Notes: generated by a model from the sequence alone, not told the origin. A DNA stretch of 64,000 nt from an uncultured Alistipes sp. (GCA_964414745.1 CAYPXB010000001.1:140682-204681); one strand, 5' to 3'; numbered from the stretch's first letter, positions 17,830 to 28,201 are shown. Numbers and translations are program-made.

Positions 17830-19686
17830 TCATACCTCGGTATAATCCGCGTCAACAACTCCGTCATCGCCGGAATTGCCGCCGTCCTGATGTCCCTGAC
17901 CGCCCATATTGTTGAACTGTGACGGATCTATGGTGTCTCCGTTGGGATTCGACTGCTGATAGATCTTGGCGGAAAGATCATAGAAATCTTTCTGAAGCTC
18001 GTCTTTCTTTCTCTTGATCTCGTCGTTGTTATCGGCGGAGATCGCTGCCTTCAGTTCCGCACACTTTGCTTCTATAGCGGATTTCTGCTCCGGTGTTACC
18101 TTATCACCGAAATCGTTGAGTGCTTTCTCGCACTGGAAAACAAGGTTTTCGGCTTCGTTCTTGTTGTCAACCTGTTCACGGCGTTTTTTGTCTTCCTCCG
18201 CGTAGCGCTCGGCTTCCTTGACTGCCTTGTCTATATCTTCTTTTGACATATTCGTAGACGCCGTGATCGAAATGTTCTGCTCCTTGCCTGTTCCGAGATC
18301 TTTCGCGGAAACGTGGACGATACCGTTCTGGTCGATATCAAACGTTACTTCAATCTGAGGAATACCTCTCGGAGCGGGAGCTATTCCGTCGAGGCGGAAA
18401 GTACCGAGTTGTTTGTTGTCGCGCGCAAATTCACGCTCGCCCTGCAGTACATTTATGTCGACAGCCGGCTGATTGTCGGCGTAAGTCGAGAATATCTGCG
18501 TTTTCTTCGTGGGTATCGTTGTGTTCCTTTCGATCATCCTTGTGCAGATACCGCCGGCAGTTTCAATACCGAGCGAAAGCGGAGTGACATCCAGAAGGAG
18601 CAGACCGTTTTCTACCTCGCCGCCGAGGACACCGCCCTGATATGCCGCTCCGAGAGCAACACATTCGTCGGGGTTAATGCCCTTGAACGGTTCTTTGCCC
18701 ATGAACTTCTTTACGGCATCCTGAACGGCGGGGATCCTCGAAGATCCGCCCACCATAAGGACTTTGCTGAGGTCGGAGGGATTCAGACCGCTGTCACTGA
18801 GTGCCTGGCGGACCGGTTTCATGGTTGCTTCAACAAGATCTGCCGTCAGTTCATTGAATTTCGCCTGTGTAAGCGTCAGATCAAGGTGTTTCGGAGTACC
18901 GGATGCGTCAACGGTGATAAACGGTATGTTAATATTGGAAGTTGTCGTTGAGGAAAGCTCGATCTTTGATTTTTCCGCGGCGTCCTTGAGACGCTGAGCC
19001 GCCATTTTATCCGTCGAAAGATCGATGCCCTCGGATTTTTTGAATTCATCGACCATCCAGTCGATTATTCTCTGGTCAAAGTCATCTCCGCCAAGACGGT
19101 TGTTTCCGGCGGTAGCGAGGACCTGCTGGACATCTTCGCCCATTTCAATGATCGACACATCAAACGTTCCGCCACCGAGGTCATAAACCATGATCGTCTG
19201 ATCTTCTTCCTTGTCTATACCGTACGAAAGAGCTGCGGCGGTCGGTTCGTTTATAATTCTCCTTACGTTAAGACCTGCGATCTGTCCGGCGTCTTTTGTC
19301 GCCTGTCTCTGAGAGTCCGTAAAATAGGCGGGGACAGTGATGACAGCCTCCGTGACCGGCTCACCGAGGTAAGCCTCGGCGTCTGCCTTAAGTTTCTGAA
19401 GGATCATCGCGGAGATCTCCTGAGGAGTATATTTTTTGTTATCGATCGTAACTTTGTAGTCGGAACCCATGTGTCTTTTGATGGAGGAAACCGTTCTGTC
19501 ATGGTTCGTTATTGCCTGTCTTTTTGCCACCTGACCTACAAGTCTCTCATTGTTGTTTGTAAAGGCAACAACAGACGGAGTCGTTCTTGCGCCTTCCGAG
19601 TTGGGGATGACTACCGCGTTTCCGCCTTCCATAACGGCTACGCAGGAGTTTGTTGTACCTAAGTCAATTCCGATAATTTTACTCAT
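17830..19686 (-). CDS. dnaK: Molecular chaperone DnaK (Hsp70)
   Basis: [24 protein letters not shown] and the full-length Hsp70 signatures. Confidence 0.98.
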   Translation of the reverse strand: MSKIIGIDLGTTNSCVAVMEGGNAVVIPNSEGARTTPSVVAFTNNNERLVGQVAKRQAITNHDRTVSSIKRHMGSDYKVTIDNKKYTPQEISAMILQKLKADAEAYLGEPVTEAVITVPAYFTDSQRQATKDAGQIAGLNVRRIINEPTAAALSYGIDKEEDQTIMVYDLGGGTFDVSIIEMGEDVQQVLATAGNNRLGGDDFDQRIIDWMVDEFKKSEGIDLSTDKMAAQRLKDAAEKSKIELSSTTTSNINIPFITVDASGTPKHLDLTLTQAKFNELTADLVEATMKPVRQALSDSGLNPSDLSKVLMVGGSSRIPAVQDAVKKFMGKEPFKGINPDECVALGAAYQGGVLGGEVENGLLLLDVTPLSLGIETAGGICTRMIERNTTIPTKKTQIFSTYADNQPAVDINVLQGEREFARDNKQLGTFRLDGIAPAPRGIPQIEVTFDIDQNGIVHVSAKDLGTGKEQNISITASTNMSKEDIDKAVKEAERYAEEDKKRREQVDNKNEAENLVFQCEKALNDFGDKVTPEQKSAIEAKCAELKAAISADNNDEIKRKKDELQKDFYDLSAKIYQQSNPNGDTIDPSQFNNMGGQGHQDGGNSGDDGVVDADYTEV

Positions 19687-19745
19687 GATATATCACCTTT
19701 CTTAAAATAATGTGGATATTTCGGGGTTAAGCTGTTTTATTCAGG

Positions 19746-20387
19746 CTATTGCGCTACTGCAACCATAGCCGGTCTTATAAGTTTATCGCCGAGTTTATAG
19801 CCTTTCTGGTATACGGCGCACACCACGCCGGCCTCATATTCTGTATTTTCCTGCTGGCTTATTGCGTTGTGTATCTTCGGATCGAACGGCACACCGAGCG
19901 ATTCGATCTCTGTAACACCGATTTTTCCGAGGATATCCTTGAACTGATTGAAGATCATCATCATTCCGTTCTTGAAATTCTCATCCGCGCATTCCGCCTC
20001 AAGCGACCGTTCAAAACCGTCGATTACGGGAAGTATGCTCTCAATACAGCCGGAAACCGCGTTATTATATGTTTCCGTCTTTTCTTTTGCCGTTCTTTTG
20101 CGGTAATTGTCATACTCCGCCAACAGACGGATATATTTGTCATTAGCGTCCTGAAGAGCCTCTTTTAACTTGTCGCACGGGTCATCCTCGGTTTCCGGCA
20201 CATCATCCGCATCAGATTCATCATCAATTTCATCGGGTTCGGTTCCGGAATCATCGTCATCATTTTCTTCACCGGAAAAAAACTCCTCCGAAGATTCTGC
20301 GAGTTCCTCGTTGTTATCCGTTTCCTTCTCCTCCCCGGGACTATCCGGTTCCGGCTCTTTTACGGGATCTGAATTCTTATCTTTCAT
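19746..20387 (-). CDS. grpE: Nucleotide exchange factor GrpE with a long acidic N-terminal extension
   Basis: The C-terminal two thirds are GrpE-like (RLLAEYDNYRKR...FDPKIHNAI...GYKLGDKLIRPAMVAV). The gene sits between hrcA and dnaK. Confidence 0.93.
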   Translation of the reverse strand: MKDKNSDPVKEPEPDSPGEEKETDNNEELAESSEEFFSGEENDDDDSGTEPDEIDDESDADDVPETEDDPCDKLKEALQDANDKYIRLLAEYDNYRKRTAKEKTETYNNAVSGCIESILPVIDGFERSLEAECADENFKNGMMMIFNQFKDILGKIGVTEIESLGVPFDPKIHNAISQQENTEYEAGVVCAVYQKGYKLGDKLIRPAMVAVAQ

Positions 20388-20410
20388 CGGCAGCTCCTTT
20401 CATATTACAA

Positions 20411-21466
20411 TCACGATTTATTTTCGTCGGCTGAATCCGGCAATTCCGGGATCATATCATCTTCATTTTCTGAAATGAGAGAAGATATCTTCTGCGTAAA
20501 ATATTCGACATAGGGAATTATTTTTTTGTAATCTATCCTCATAGGACCGATAACGCCAAGCGAACCGACTTCATGTTTGCCTTTGTGGTATTTTGAAACG
20601 ATAAGACTTGAGTTTCCTATTACAAAGCTGTCGTTCGAAACGCCGAATTTTACCTGCAATCCGCTGAAAGCGCTGTCAAGCAGACCGGTCAGCTCGTTTT
20701 TGTGTTCTATAAACCGGACGACTTCGGTCTTGTCAAGTTCATCACACGACAGTAGTTTTTCTCCGCCGCTCATGGTAAGCTCTTCATTTCTGAAATCGGC
20801 AGACAGCTCACATACCCCCTGTACAAGCGGTGTCAGCGAGACCATGTATGCGCCGAGAGCGGCAACCATCTTGTCCATCATCTCATCCGAAAGCTCATCA
20901 ACCGAGATACCGTGCAGATTTTCATCGATGAAATGAGAAAAAAATTCGAGTTGCTCATCGCTCAGGTCAAACTCAAGACGGCACGCCTTGTTTTTAATCC
21001 GTCCGTTCGATGTTATCAGCAGTATGACATACAGTCTTTTTCCGGTGGGAATTACTTCTACTTTAGAGATGACCGAGAACCTCGGGGCGAAATTTGTCGC
21101 AACGACCGCGCACTGTGTCAGTTCCGTCAGCGCGGTGGTCGCATTCTGGATCAGAAGTTCCTCCGGAGTGCTTTCGTCTCCGAGCATTGCGTCAAGTCTC
21201 TTTTTTTCTTCATCCGAAAGAGTGGGAAGAGTTATCAGCTCATCTATATACAATCTGTATCCCTTGAAGGTCGGAACTCTTCCGGCAGACGTGTGCGGCT
21301 GTTCAAGATATCCCATCTGTTCGAGAGCGGCCATATCATTCCTTACGGTAGCGGCGGAAACATTTATGTCCTCCAGTTTACAGATCGTTTTGGAACTTAC
21401 AGGCTCTCCTGTCCTGATGTACTCATCGACCACAGCTGCGAGTATCTTCAGCTTTCTGTCGCCCAT
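20411..21466 (-). CDS. hrcA: Heat-inducible transcription repressor HrcA
   Basis: RKLKILAAVVDEYIRTGEPVSSKTI N-terminus, and the first gene of the dnaK operon. The start at 21466 is chosen because the ORF-track extension runs into the CIRCE element. Confidence 0.93.
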   Translation of the reverse strand: MGDRKLKILAAVVDEYIRTGEPVSSKTICKLEDINVSAATVRNDMAALEQMGYLEQPHTSAGRVPTFKGYRLYIDELITLPTLSDEEKKRLDAMLGDESTPEELLIQNATTALTELTQCAVVATNFAPRFSVISKVEVIPTGKRLYVILLITSNGRIKNKACRLEFDLSDEQLEFFSHFIDENLHGISVDELSDEMMDKMVAALGAYMVSLTPLVQGVCELSADFRNEELTMSGGEKLLSCDELDKTEVVRFIEHKNELTGLLDSAFSGLQVKFGVSNDSFVIGNSSLIVSKYHKGKHEVGSLGVIGPMRIDYKKIIPYVEYFTQKISSLISENEDDMIPELPDSADENKS

Positions 21467-21489
21467 GATACACACGACCTTTCGTTGCT

Positions 21490-21516
21490 TTAGCACTCTA
21501 TCTCTTTGAGTGCTAA
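21490..21516 (-). promoter_or_regulatory. CIRCE operator (HrcA binding site)
   Basis: TTAGCACTC, 9 nt, GAGTGCTAA is a perfect match to the CIRCE consensus. It lies 24 nt upstream of the hrcA start. A TTGACA (plus-strand TGTCAA at 21544-21549) lies just upstream. Confidence 0.95.
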
Positions 21517-21621
21517 TTATAATTTATCACTAATACGGATATTTGTCAAGAGTTTTGTTCATTTTCGGCCTTTTCAACTAAAAGATTCGTTTTTTTATGC
21601 GATTTTATTGCAATTTGTACT

Positions 21622-21663
21622 ATAAAAATAAAAGCGGCTGCCCTCACTTCGGAAAGAAGCCGC
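21622..21663 (-). terminator. Intrinsic terminator ending the long minus-strand gene train
   Basis: On the minus strand, hairpin gcggct...agccgc followed by TTTTATTTTTAT. Confidence 0.65.
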
Positions 21664-21681
21664 GTTTTGCGTAATATTTCA

Positions 21682-23112
21682 TCAGTTTTTCTTCATAAGT
21701 TTTTTCAGCATTACGAATATTGCCTTGTAGTTGCTGAAGACCATAAATATAAAACCGCAGACAAGGTAAGCCGATTCAAATTCCGGCTCTTTTATTACCG
21801 CCAGACAAAGTCCCGCAAGGACAAGGCAGTTTATTATAAATTTTCCGTGATCCACCCTGAACATAACATATCTTCTCGCGTCAAATATCCTTATTATATA
21901 ACAGATAGCATAGCTTGCAAGCGTTGCTATCGACGCGCCCTGTATGCCGTATCTCGGGATCAGTATAATGTTCAGCAGGATATTTGCCACGCAGGCGACA
22001 AGACTTGTCCAGAATGAGTTTTCGGTATGTTTTGTCGCCGTGTAAATGCTGCTGAGAAACTGGTCAAAGCACATGAACAGGACGGCTACGACGAGTATCG
22101 GTGTATATTTATAAACTTCGGCATATTCTTTGAAATTTCCCGAATATATGAATATGGGTGTGATCACTTTCACTGCGGCTATCAGAAACGCGGACGCTAT
22201 GAACATAAGCGACTGATATGTGGAAAAGACTTTTTCATAAAAAGAACTTCGGTCTTCTGAATCATTTTCGGTTATCGCCGACATATTCCATGCCTGAAAA
22301 AAGATCGTCGACACCATAGAGATAAGATTCGGTATTTTCGTCGCATAGCCGTATATTCCCGCGGCGGCGCTGCCGAGCTGCACTCTGTCGCTGTGCATAT
22401 TCCTTATAAAAAGCCTGTCTGAAAATCCCGTGATTATCCACATTACCGCCGTAGGTATCAGAGGAACCGAGAATTTCAGCATACTTTTGGCGAGCCTGCC
22501 GCTGAAATATCTGAGTTTCAGGTATTTATGCAGTTTTGTGACAGTAAACAAAAATATCGCCGAACAAAGATCCGAGAGAATGACCGAGAGCATGAAACCT
22601 CTTACGCCGAGACCGAGCTTTGATATAAAGATGATATTAAAGATAAAGAGAATAAGTGTCGTCAGGATACCGTCAAACGAGAAAAGTCTCACAAGACCCC
22701 TTGCTCTTGTGAAATGCGAGCAGAGCGCTCTGAATGACGATGTGCATATATAGATGAGCAGAAGTACGGTATATCCATCGAGATAATCAAGAAAAGGGAT
22801 AAGTTTCAGAAGGGGAGAAAGAACAAGCATGGCAACAAGACCCGTTCCGGTCACACAGCACGCGGTGGTGAATACATTGCGTTTGTCATAGCGCTTGTCA
22901 AGACCGAATCTTATTATCGCGTCCGTCATGGAAAAAGTCACGATCGGTATGAGAAAGTTCGCCGTTATTTCGAGCAGTTCTTTCGTGCTGCTGTCGCTCG
23001 GACTTATATTACTCGTATAAAGTCTGGTGAGAAGCAGGACAAGTATTTTAGAACCGAAGCTGCCGATGGCAAAGACGACCGTATTCATTGCCAGCTTTTT
23101 GTATTTGTTCAT
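21682..23112 (-). CDS. MOP-superfamily oligosaccharide/polysaccharide flippase (Wzx/SpoVB-like)
   Basis: 476 aa and polytopic throughout. The N-terminus NTVVFAIGSFGSKILVLLLTRLYT is typical of polysaccharide biosynthesis (Wzx-type) proteins. Confidence 0.7.
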   Translation of the reverse strand: MNKYKKLAMNTVVFAIGSFGSKILVLLLTRLYTSNISPSDSSTKELLEITANFLIPIVTFSMTDAIIRFGLDKRYDKRNVFTTACCVTGTGLVAMLVLSPLLKLIPFLDYLDGYTVLLLIYICTSSFRALCSHFTRARGLVRLFSFDGILTTLILFIFNIIFISKLGLGVRGFMLSVILSDLCSAIFLFTVTKLHKYLKLRYFSGRLAKSMLKFSVPLIPTAVMWIITGFSDRLFIRNMHSDRVQLGSAAAGIYGYATKIPNLISMVSTIFFQAWNMSAITENDSEDRSSFYEKVFSTYQSLMFIASAFLIAAVKVITPIFIYSGNFKEYAEVYKYTPILVVAVLFMCFDQFLSSIYTATKHTENSFWTSLVACVANILLNIILIPRYGIQGASIATLASYAICYIIRIFDARRYVMFRVDHGKFIINCLVLAGLCLAVIKEPEFESAYLVCGFIFMVFSNYKAIFVMLKKLMKKN

Positions 23113-23164
23113 TTATACACTCTCCGTATAACCGCACAAATCTGTTTTACACACTGCCGCTCTG

Positions 23165-23557
23165 TCATTCGGCGGTTTTCTTTTTGTCCAGAGTACGCCT
23201 TACCGTATCTCTGAGTTTCACACAGGTTTCCTCCGGAAAATCCGCGACAAACATTATCGCCTGTCTGTGCGCTTCATCATGGGGAAGTTTAAGTATCCTG
23301 CGGAAGAATACATATATATCGCCGAAGACCTGCCGAATATCATCAACGGCTTTTCTGCCCGCATCCGTAAGCCGCACGCTGTTGCAGAAGTCATCATATA
23401 CATATCCGTAATCTACAAGACATCTGAGCATTTTGCTGACGCTTGCGCGGGATACACCGAGTTTTCCGGCGATATCCACACAACGTACCTTTCTGCCGGA
23501 ACGAAGAAGTTCATCGATTGCAATAAGGTATTTTACGTGTCCGGCACAGTATTTCAT
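23165..23557 (-). CDS. DtxR/MntR-family metal-dependent transcriptional regulator (short form)
   Basis: N-terminal winged HTH (YLIAIDELLRSGRKVRCVDIAGKLGVSRASVSKMLRCLVDYGYV) followed by a dimerisation-helix region. 130 aa. Confidence 0.6.
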   Translation of the reverse strand: MKYCAGHVKYLIAIDELLRSGRKVRCVDIAGKLGVSRASVSKMLRCLVDYGYVYDDFCNSVRLTDAGRKAVDDIRQVFGDIYVFFRRILKLPHDEAHRQAIMFVADFPEETCVKLRDTVRRTLDKKKTAE

Positions 23558-23575
23558 ATTATATTACATCTCCCA

Positions 23576-24160
23576 TCACTTGTCCGAATCAATGAGATTC
23601 CAGTAGCCTTTCAGATAGACAAGTCCCGAGATCACCGTAAGCGCGGCGGAGATCCATATCAGAGCGGGCGCGACAATATTGTTTACCGAATCGGCAAGTC
23701 CCGCGGAAAGGCTCAGAGAAAAATCATTTTCGATACTCAGCCAGAGCAGTATGCCCACGATCGTGACCATTGTGAAAGCGGTCTTCAGTTTGCCCCAGAT
23801 ACCCGCCGCAACGACAATACCGCTGTCGGCTGCCAGAAGTCTCAGACCCGAGACCATAAACTCTCTCGCGATTATTATAATCAGCGGAATCGCCCCGATG
23901 TTCACTTCTTTGATATCCACAAATACGGCAAGCGCGGATATTACGAGGACTTTATCGGCAAGAGGATCGAGAAATTTGCCGAAATTAGTCACAAGGTTGT
24001 TCTTTCTTGCTATCTTTCCGTCAAGAGCGTCTGTTATGGAAGCCGCCGCAAAAACAATAAGAGCGGCCGCGTAGTGAAAAGGGAAGTCCAGATATATCAC
24101 AAGCAGAAAGACCGGGACAAGAGCGGCACGCATGAGGGTAAGTTTATTCGGAAGATTCAT
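23576..24160 (-). CDS. pgsA: CDP-diacylglycerol--glycerol-3-phosphate 3-phosphatidyltransferase
   Basis: CDP-alcohol phosphotransferase motif DALDGKIARKNNLVTNFGKFLDPLADK. Its start overlaps the rimO stop by 4 nt. Confidence 0.92.
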   Translation of the reverse strand: MNLPNKLTLMRAALVPVFLLVIYLDFPFHYAAALIVFAAASITDALDGKIARKNNLVTNFGKFLDPLADKVLVISALAVFVDIKEVNIGAIPLIIIIAREFMVSGLRLLAADSGIVVAAGIWGKLKTAFTMVTIVGILLWLSIENDFSLSLSAGLADSVNNIVAPALIWISAALTVISGLVYLKGYWNLIDSDK

Positions 24161-25488
24161 TCTGCAATCACCTCACCTATCAGATCATAATCGAGTGTAT
24201 CCGTAATTTTTATATTTACGTAGTCGCCCGTTTTCAGGGGATCGGACGATGTAAAAAAGACTTTTCCGTCGATATCGGGAGCGTCGGCGGCAGTCCTTCC
24301 GAAATAGCATTCTGCATATTTGTCATAGCCCTCGACAACGGCCTCTTTTATCTCTCCGAGTGATTTTTCGTTGTTTTTCGCGCTTATCAGCATCTGCTGC
24401 TCCATTATTATATCTGAGCGGTGTGACGCTGTTTCTGCGTCGATCTGGTCGGGATAGTCATATGCTTTCGTATTCTCCTCTCGCGAATAGACGAAACATC
24501 CCAGCCGCTCGAATTTCACCCGTGAAACAAACTCCGCAAGTCTGTCAAACTGCTCCCGCGTTTCTCCCGGGAATCCCGTTATCAGTGTAGTGCGAAGTAT
24601 TATCCCCGGTACGCGTGATCTTATCTTTTTAAACAACTCCTCAAGTTCCGGCTCACTGCCCCACCGGTTCATTCTTTTCAATATATCTTCGCAGCAGTGC
24701 TGTATCGGCACATCAAGGTATTTGACGATCTTTTTCTCATGCGCGATCGTATCCAGAAGTTCATCGGTTATCCGTTCCGGATAACAGTACAGCATTCTCA
24801 CCCAGTGCAGACCGTCGATCTCGCAGATCTTATGCAAAAGTTCCGGCAGAGCTTGTCTGCCGTACAGATCCTCTCCGTACCGGGAAGTATCCTGAGCGAT
24901 AAGAACGATCTCAGTCACTCCGTTTTCGGCAAGCCACTTCGCCTCACCGAGGACGTCCTCCATGGGAACACTGCGGTACTTTCCTCTTATCTGCGGTATG
25001 GCGCAGAAAGAGCAGCAGTTGCTGCAACCCTCCGCTATTTTGAGATAGGCAAAAAACGGGAGCGTTGATATTATCCTGTCGCCTTTAAGTTCCGCGTCCG
25101 TCTTTGAGGCGAAGTTCACATATCTCTCATTTGCAAGCACATGGTCGAGAACATCTGTTATATCCTTATTGTTGCCAAGACCTATAACGGCGTCGGCCTC
25201 CGGGAAAAGTTCAGCCGCCTCCTCACGGTATCTTTCGGAAAGACAGCCCGTGACGATTATCTTTTTCAGAGTTCCCTCTTTCTTCAGTTCTCCGAGTTCA
25301 AGAATCGTCTCAATGGCCTCTTCTTTTGCCGACTGTATAAATCCGCACGTATTGACTATCGCGATATCGGCAAGACCCGGTTCGGTGACAAGTTCATATC
25401 CTTTTTTCCTCAGTTTATAAAGCATTCTTTCCGAATCGACAAGGTTTTTTGAACAGCCCAGCGATACCAATCCAACTTTTATCGGCAT
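24157..25488 (-). CDS. rimO: Ribosomal protein S12 methylthiotransferase RimO
   Basis: LGCSKNLVDSE N-terminal domain, radical-SAM CSNCCSFC cluster motif, and a C-terminal TRAM domain. Confidence 0.9.
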   Translation of the reverse strand: MPIKVGLVSLGCSKNLVDSERMLYKLRKKGYELVTEPGLADIAIVNTCGFIQSAKEEAIETILELGELKKEGTLKKIIVTGCLSERYREEAAELFPEADAVIGLGNNKDITDVLDHVLANERYVNFASKTDAELKGDRIISTLPFFAYLKIAEGCSNCCSFCAIPQIRGKYRSVPMEDVLGEAKWLAENGVTEIVLIAQDTSRYGEDLYGRQALPELLHKICEIDGLHWVRMLYCYPERITDELLDTIAHEKKIVKYLDVPIQHCCEDILKRMNRWGSEPELEELFKKIRSRVPGIILRTTLITGFPGETREQFDRLAEFVSRVKFERLGCFVYSREENTKAYDYPDQIDAETASHRSDIIMEQQMLISAKNNEKSLGEIKEAVVEGYDKYAECYFGRTAADAPDIDGKVFFTSSDPLKTGDYVNIKITDTLDYDLIGEVIAE

Positions 25489-26127
25489 TCAGTTATCCTC
25501 CTCCGTAGCGGCATTTTCAAAATATTCGTGAACGGCATTATTTATCTCACCGTAATTATACCCGTAGCGAACAAGCGAGCTTTTCGCTTTCTCCACAGAT
25601 TTTCTGTCATCTTCATCTTCCAGCAGACCCGAATATTTATTTTTCAGCAGATATGACAGATTTTCACCGGCAATCTCTCTCATCGGCTCAAGATACTCAT
25701 CGGCGATATCTTCGGGGATACCTTTACGCAGCATCTCGAACTTTGCTCTCCTGATTCCGAATTTTTTCGACTCCACATATTTTGTCGCGAGTTTTTCGGC
25801 ATATCTTCTGTCGTCGATGATCCCCGCACTTTCCAGTTTTTCCGTGACTGCCGAGCAGAGCTTTTCGTTTTTGTACGTTTTTATGAGTTTGTCGAGCATT
25901 TCCTTCCGCGAATAGTCCCTGTAATCGAGGCAGTACAGGGCATATTGGTAGGCTCTGCGAAAATTTGAGGAATAGATCACCCTCAGAAGTTCATCACGGG
26001 TAAGTTCCGAACCCTCGGAAAGTCCGAAATCGTTTATAATATCGATATGAAGGTATAACTTGCGTTCGTTATCTATTACAGCCTCAAATGTCGTACCCTT
26101 GTACTGTCTGAGTGATGTTATCTTCAT
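25489..26127 (-). CDS. recX: Recombination regulator RecX
   Basis: Three-repeat helical protein (RRAYQYALYCLDYRDYSRKEMLDKL...) immediately downstream of recA. Confidence 0.85.
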   Translation of the reverse strand: MKITSLRQYKGTTFEAVIDNERKLYLHIDIINDFGLSEGSELTRDELLRVIYSSNFRRAYQYALYCLDYRDYSRKEMLDKLIKTYKNEKLCSAVTEKLESAGIIDDRRYAEKLATKYVESKKFGIRRAKFEMLRKGIPEDIADEYLEPMREIAGENLSYLLKNKYSGLLEDEDDRKSVEKAKSSLVRYGYNYGEINNAVHEYFENAATEEDN

Positions 26128-26133
26128 GGGATC

Positions 26134-27339
26134 TTATTCCTCAGCGGGGGTGAACTCCTCAAAATCTTCATCGATATCTGCAAGGATATTCTCGGTGTCT
26201 GCGACAGACGATGAGCCGATATCTTTTTCACTTGACGAGAAAGCATCCATTGCATCCTTTGCCGAAACCGAACTGTCATCCGGATCGCTGCCCGGCGTGC
26301 CTTTCAGTTCTTCCTTGTGCTCAAGTATGGCAGATTCGACCTCTTTGAGCAGATCGGGATCATTCTGAAGGACATCCTTTGCATTGTCGCGTCCCTGACC
26401 GAGTTTCTGGCCATTATAGCTGAACCATGAACCGCTCTTTTTTATTATTCCGAGATCCGTCGCAAGGTCAAGGACTTCTCCGGTGCGGGATATTCCGTGT
26501 CCGTAAATAAGATCAAATTCACATTCCTTGAACGGGGGAGCGACTTTGTTCTTTACGATCTTGCATTTTGTGCGTGCGCCTATTATTTCGCCGCCGTCCT
26601 TTATCACTTCGCCTTTTCTTACATCGATACGTACAGATGAGTAGAACTTGAGTGCGCGTCCGCCCGGTGTCGTTTCGGGGTTGCCATACATAACACCGAT
26701 CTTTTCACGTATCTGATTTATGAAAATGGCGACGCAGTTTGATTTTGATATTGCTCCCGTCAGTTTTCTCATAGCCTGTGACATAAGACGGGCAAGCTGT
26801 CCGACATGAAGATCGCCCATCTCTCCGTCGATCTCGGCGCGTGTGGTCATCGCTGCGATGGAATCAAGCACAACGACATCTATCGCTCCCGAGCGTATCA
26901 GTGCCTCAGCTATCTCAAGCGCCTGCTCACCGCTGTCCGGCTGCGAGACAAGGAGGTTGTCGATATTTACGCCGAGAGCTTTCGCGTAAACAGGGTCAAG
27001 TGCGTGTTCTACATCGATAAATGCCGCCTCGCCGCCCATTTTCTGAGCTTCCGCTATTATCTGGAGTGCCACGGTCGTCTTGCCGGAACTCTCAGGTCCG
27101 AAGATCTCCACAATGCGGCCTCTCGGGACACCTCCTATGCCGAGAGCAAGGTCGAGTGTCATAGAACCTGTGGGGATCGAGTCGACATTCAGGGTCGTTG
27201 TCTGACCGAGCCTCATGATGGCGCCGGCTCCGTATTTTTTCTCAATCTGCTTCAGTGCCCCTTCAAGAGCTGTTTTTTTGTCTTCCTGAGTCGTAACTCT
27301 TACTACGGTAGCTTTTTTCGCAAGTTCTTTTTTAGCCAT
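26134..27339 (-). CDS. recA: Recombinase RecA with an extended acidic C-terminal tail
   Basis: GPESSGKTT Walker A, the L1/L2 regions, and [18 protein letters not shown] lies 6 nt before the ATG. The start overlaps the prmC stop. Confidence 0.98.
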   Translation of the reverse strand: MAKKELAKKATVVRVTTQEDKKTALEGALKQIEKKYGAGAIMRLGQTTTLNVDSIPTGSMTLDLALGIGGVPRGRIVEIFGPESSGKTTVALQIIAEAQKMGGEAAFIDVEHALDPVYAKALGVNIDNLLVSQPDSGEQALEIAEALIRSGAIDVVVLDSIAAMTTRAEIDGEMGDLHVGQLARLMSQAMRKLTGAISKSNCVAIFINQIREKIGVMYGNPETTPGGRALKFYSSVRIDVRKGEVIKDGGEIIGARTKCKIVKNKVAPPFKECEFDLIYGHGISRTGEVLDLATDLGIIKKSGSWFSYNGQKLGQGRDNAKDVLQNDPDLLKEVESAILEHKEELKGTPGSDPDDSSVSAKDAMDAFSSSEKDIGSSSVADTENILADIDEDFEEFTPAEE

Positions 27340-28201
27340 GATTTTCCTCCGGTTTTTTCCCTGCCGCGGTCCTTATGATACCGGAACCGTCGCAGTGTAG
27401 TTTAATATTGTAAAAATTGTTGTCTTCAAGTATTTTACGGACATAAATATGCTGATACTGTCCGAGTTCAAAAACAAGATATCCGCCTGCCCTGAGAGAG
27501 TTTTTCCAGAGCGGAGTTATTTTTCTGTAAAAGTCAAGCCCGTCTTTTCCGCCGTAAAGAGCGATATGCGGTTCAAATGACACTTCTTTCTGCAGACTGT
27601 TCATATCCTCATCTGTAAGATATGGCGGATTGCAGACGACTATGTCAATATCCCGCAGAGAACCGGCAATATCTTCGCTCAGAACATCGCCCCCGACAAT
27701 ATTTATCGCAGCGCCGTTTATTTCGGCATTCTGTATGAGATAACAAAGAGCTTTTTCGGAGATCTCAAAAGCATATATATCGGCGGACGGCAGAGCTTTT
27801 TTCAGTGCTGTCGCGATACAGCCGCTGCCGCTGCAAAGGTCGGCTATTCTCGGATTCTGAATATTCTCTTTTTCGCATATCTCAAGCACATGATCGACGA
27901 GCGTTTCCGTATCCCGCCGCGGTATGAGAACGCCCTCGCCGACGGCAAAACGCAGACCGTAGAACTCCCACTCTCCGAGTATATACTGCAGGGGAATGCC
28001 GCTTTTTCTTTTTTCCGCCATCTCTCCGGCTTTTGATAAGGTTTCTTCATCAACTGCCAGACTTGTATCGGACAGGATATCCGGAAGTTTTTTTCCGAAG
28101 CAGTCTTCCGTTATACACACGGCATCAAAACGCGGATCGTCGATGCCGGCCTCATCAAGAGTTTTTTTAATTTCGATGAAAAGCTGTCGGGGAGTCACCA
28201 C
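27332..28201 (-). CDS. prmC: Peptide chain release factor N5-glutamine methyltransferase PrmC (HemK)
   Basis: NPPY catalytic motif (VVCNPPYLT) and SAM motif [10 protein letters not shown]. It is preceded by its usual DUF1385 neighbour. Confidence 0.9.
   Translation of the reverse strand: MVTPRQLFIEIKKTLDEAGIDDPRFDAVCITEDCFGKKLPDILSDTSLAVDEETLSKAGEMAEKRKSGIPLQYILGEWEFYGLRFAVGEGVLIPRRDTETLVDHVLEICEKENIQNPRIADLCSGSGCIATALKKALPSADIYAFEISEKALCYLIQNAEINGAAINIVGGDVLSEDIAGSLRDIDIVVCNPPYLTDEDMNSLQKEVSFEPHIALYGGKDGLDFYRKITPLWKNSLRAGGYLVFELGQYQHIYVRKILEDNNFYNIKLHCDGSGIIRTAAGKKPEENHG

Noticed and set aside
21467-21496. Upstream start for hrcA given by the ORF track
   Set aside because: That start would place the initiation codon inside the CIRCE operator. 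HrcA homology starts at MGDRKLKIL.
27340-27660. LexA/Cheo box (GAAC-N4-GTTC) upstream of recA
   Set aside because: I scanned by eye. The only GAAC (27385) is not followed by GTTC at the right spacing. The absence is reported in the findings rather than as a feature.
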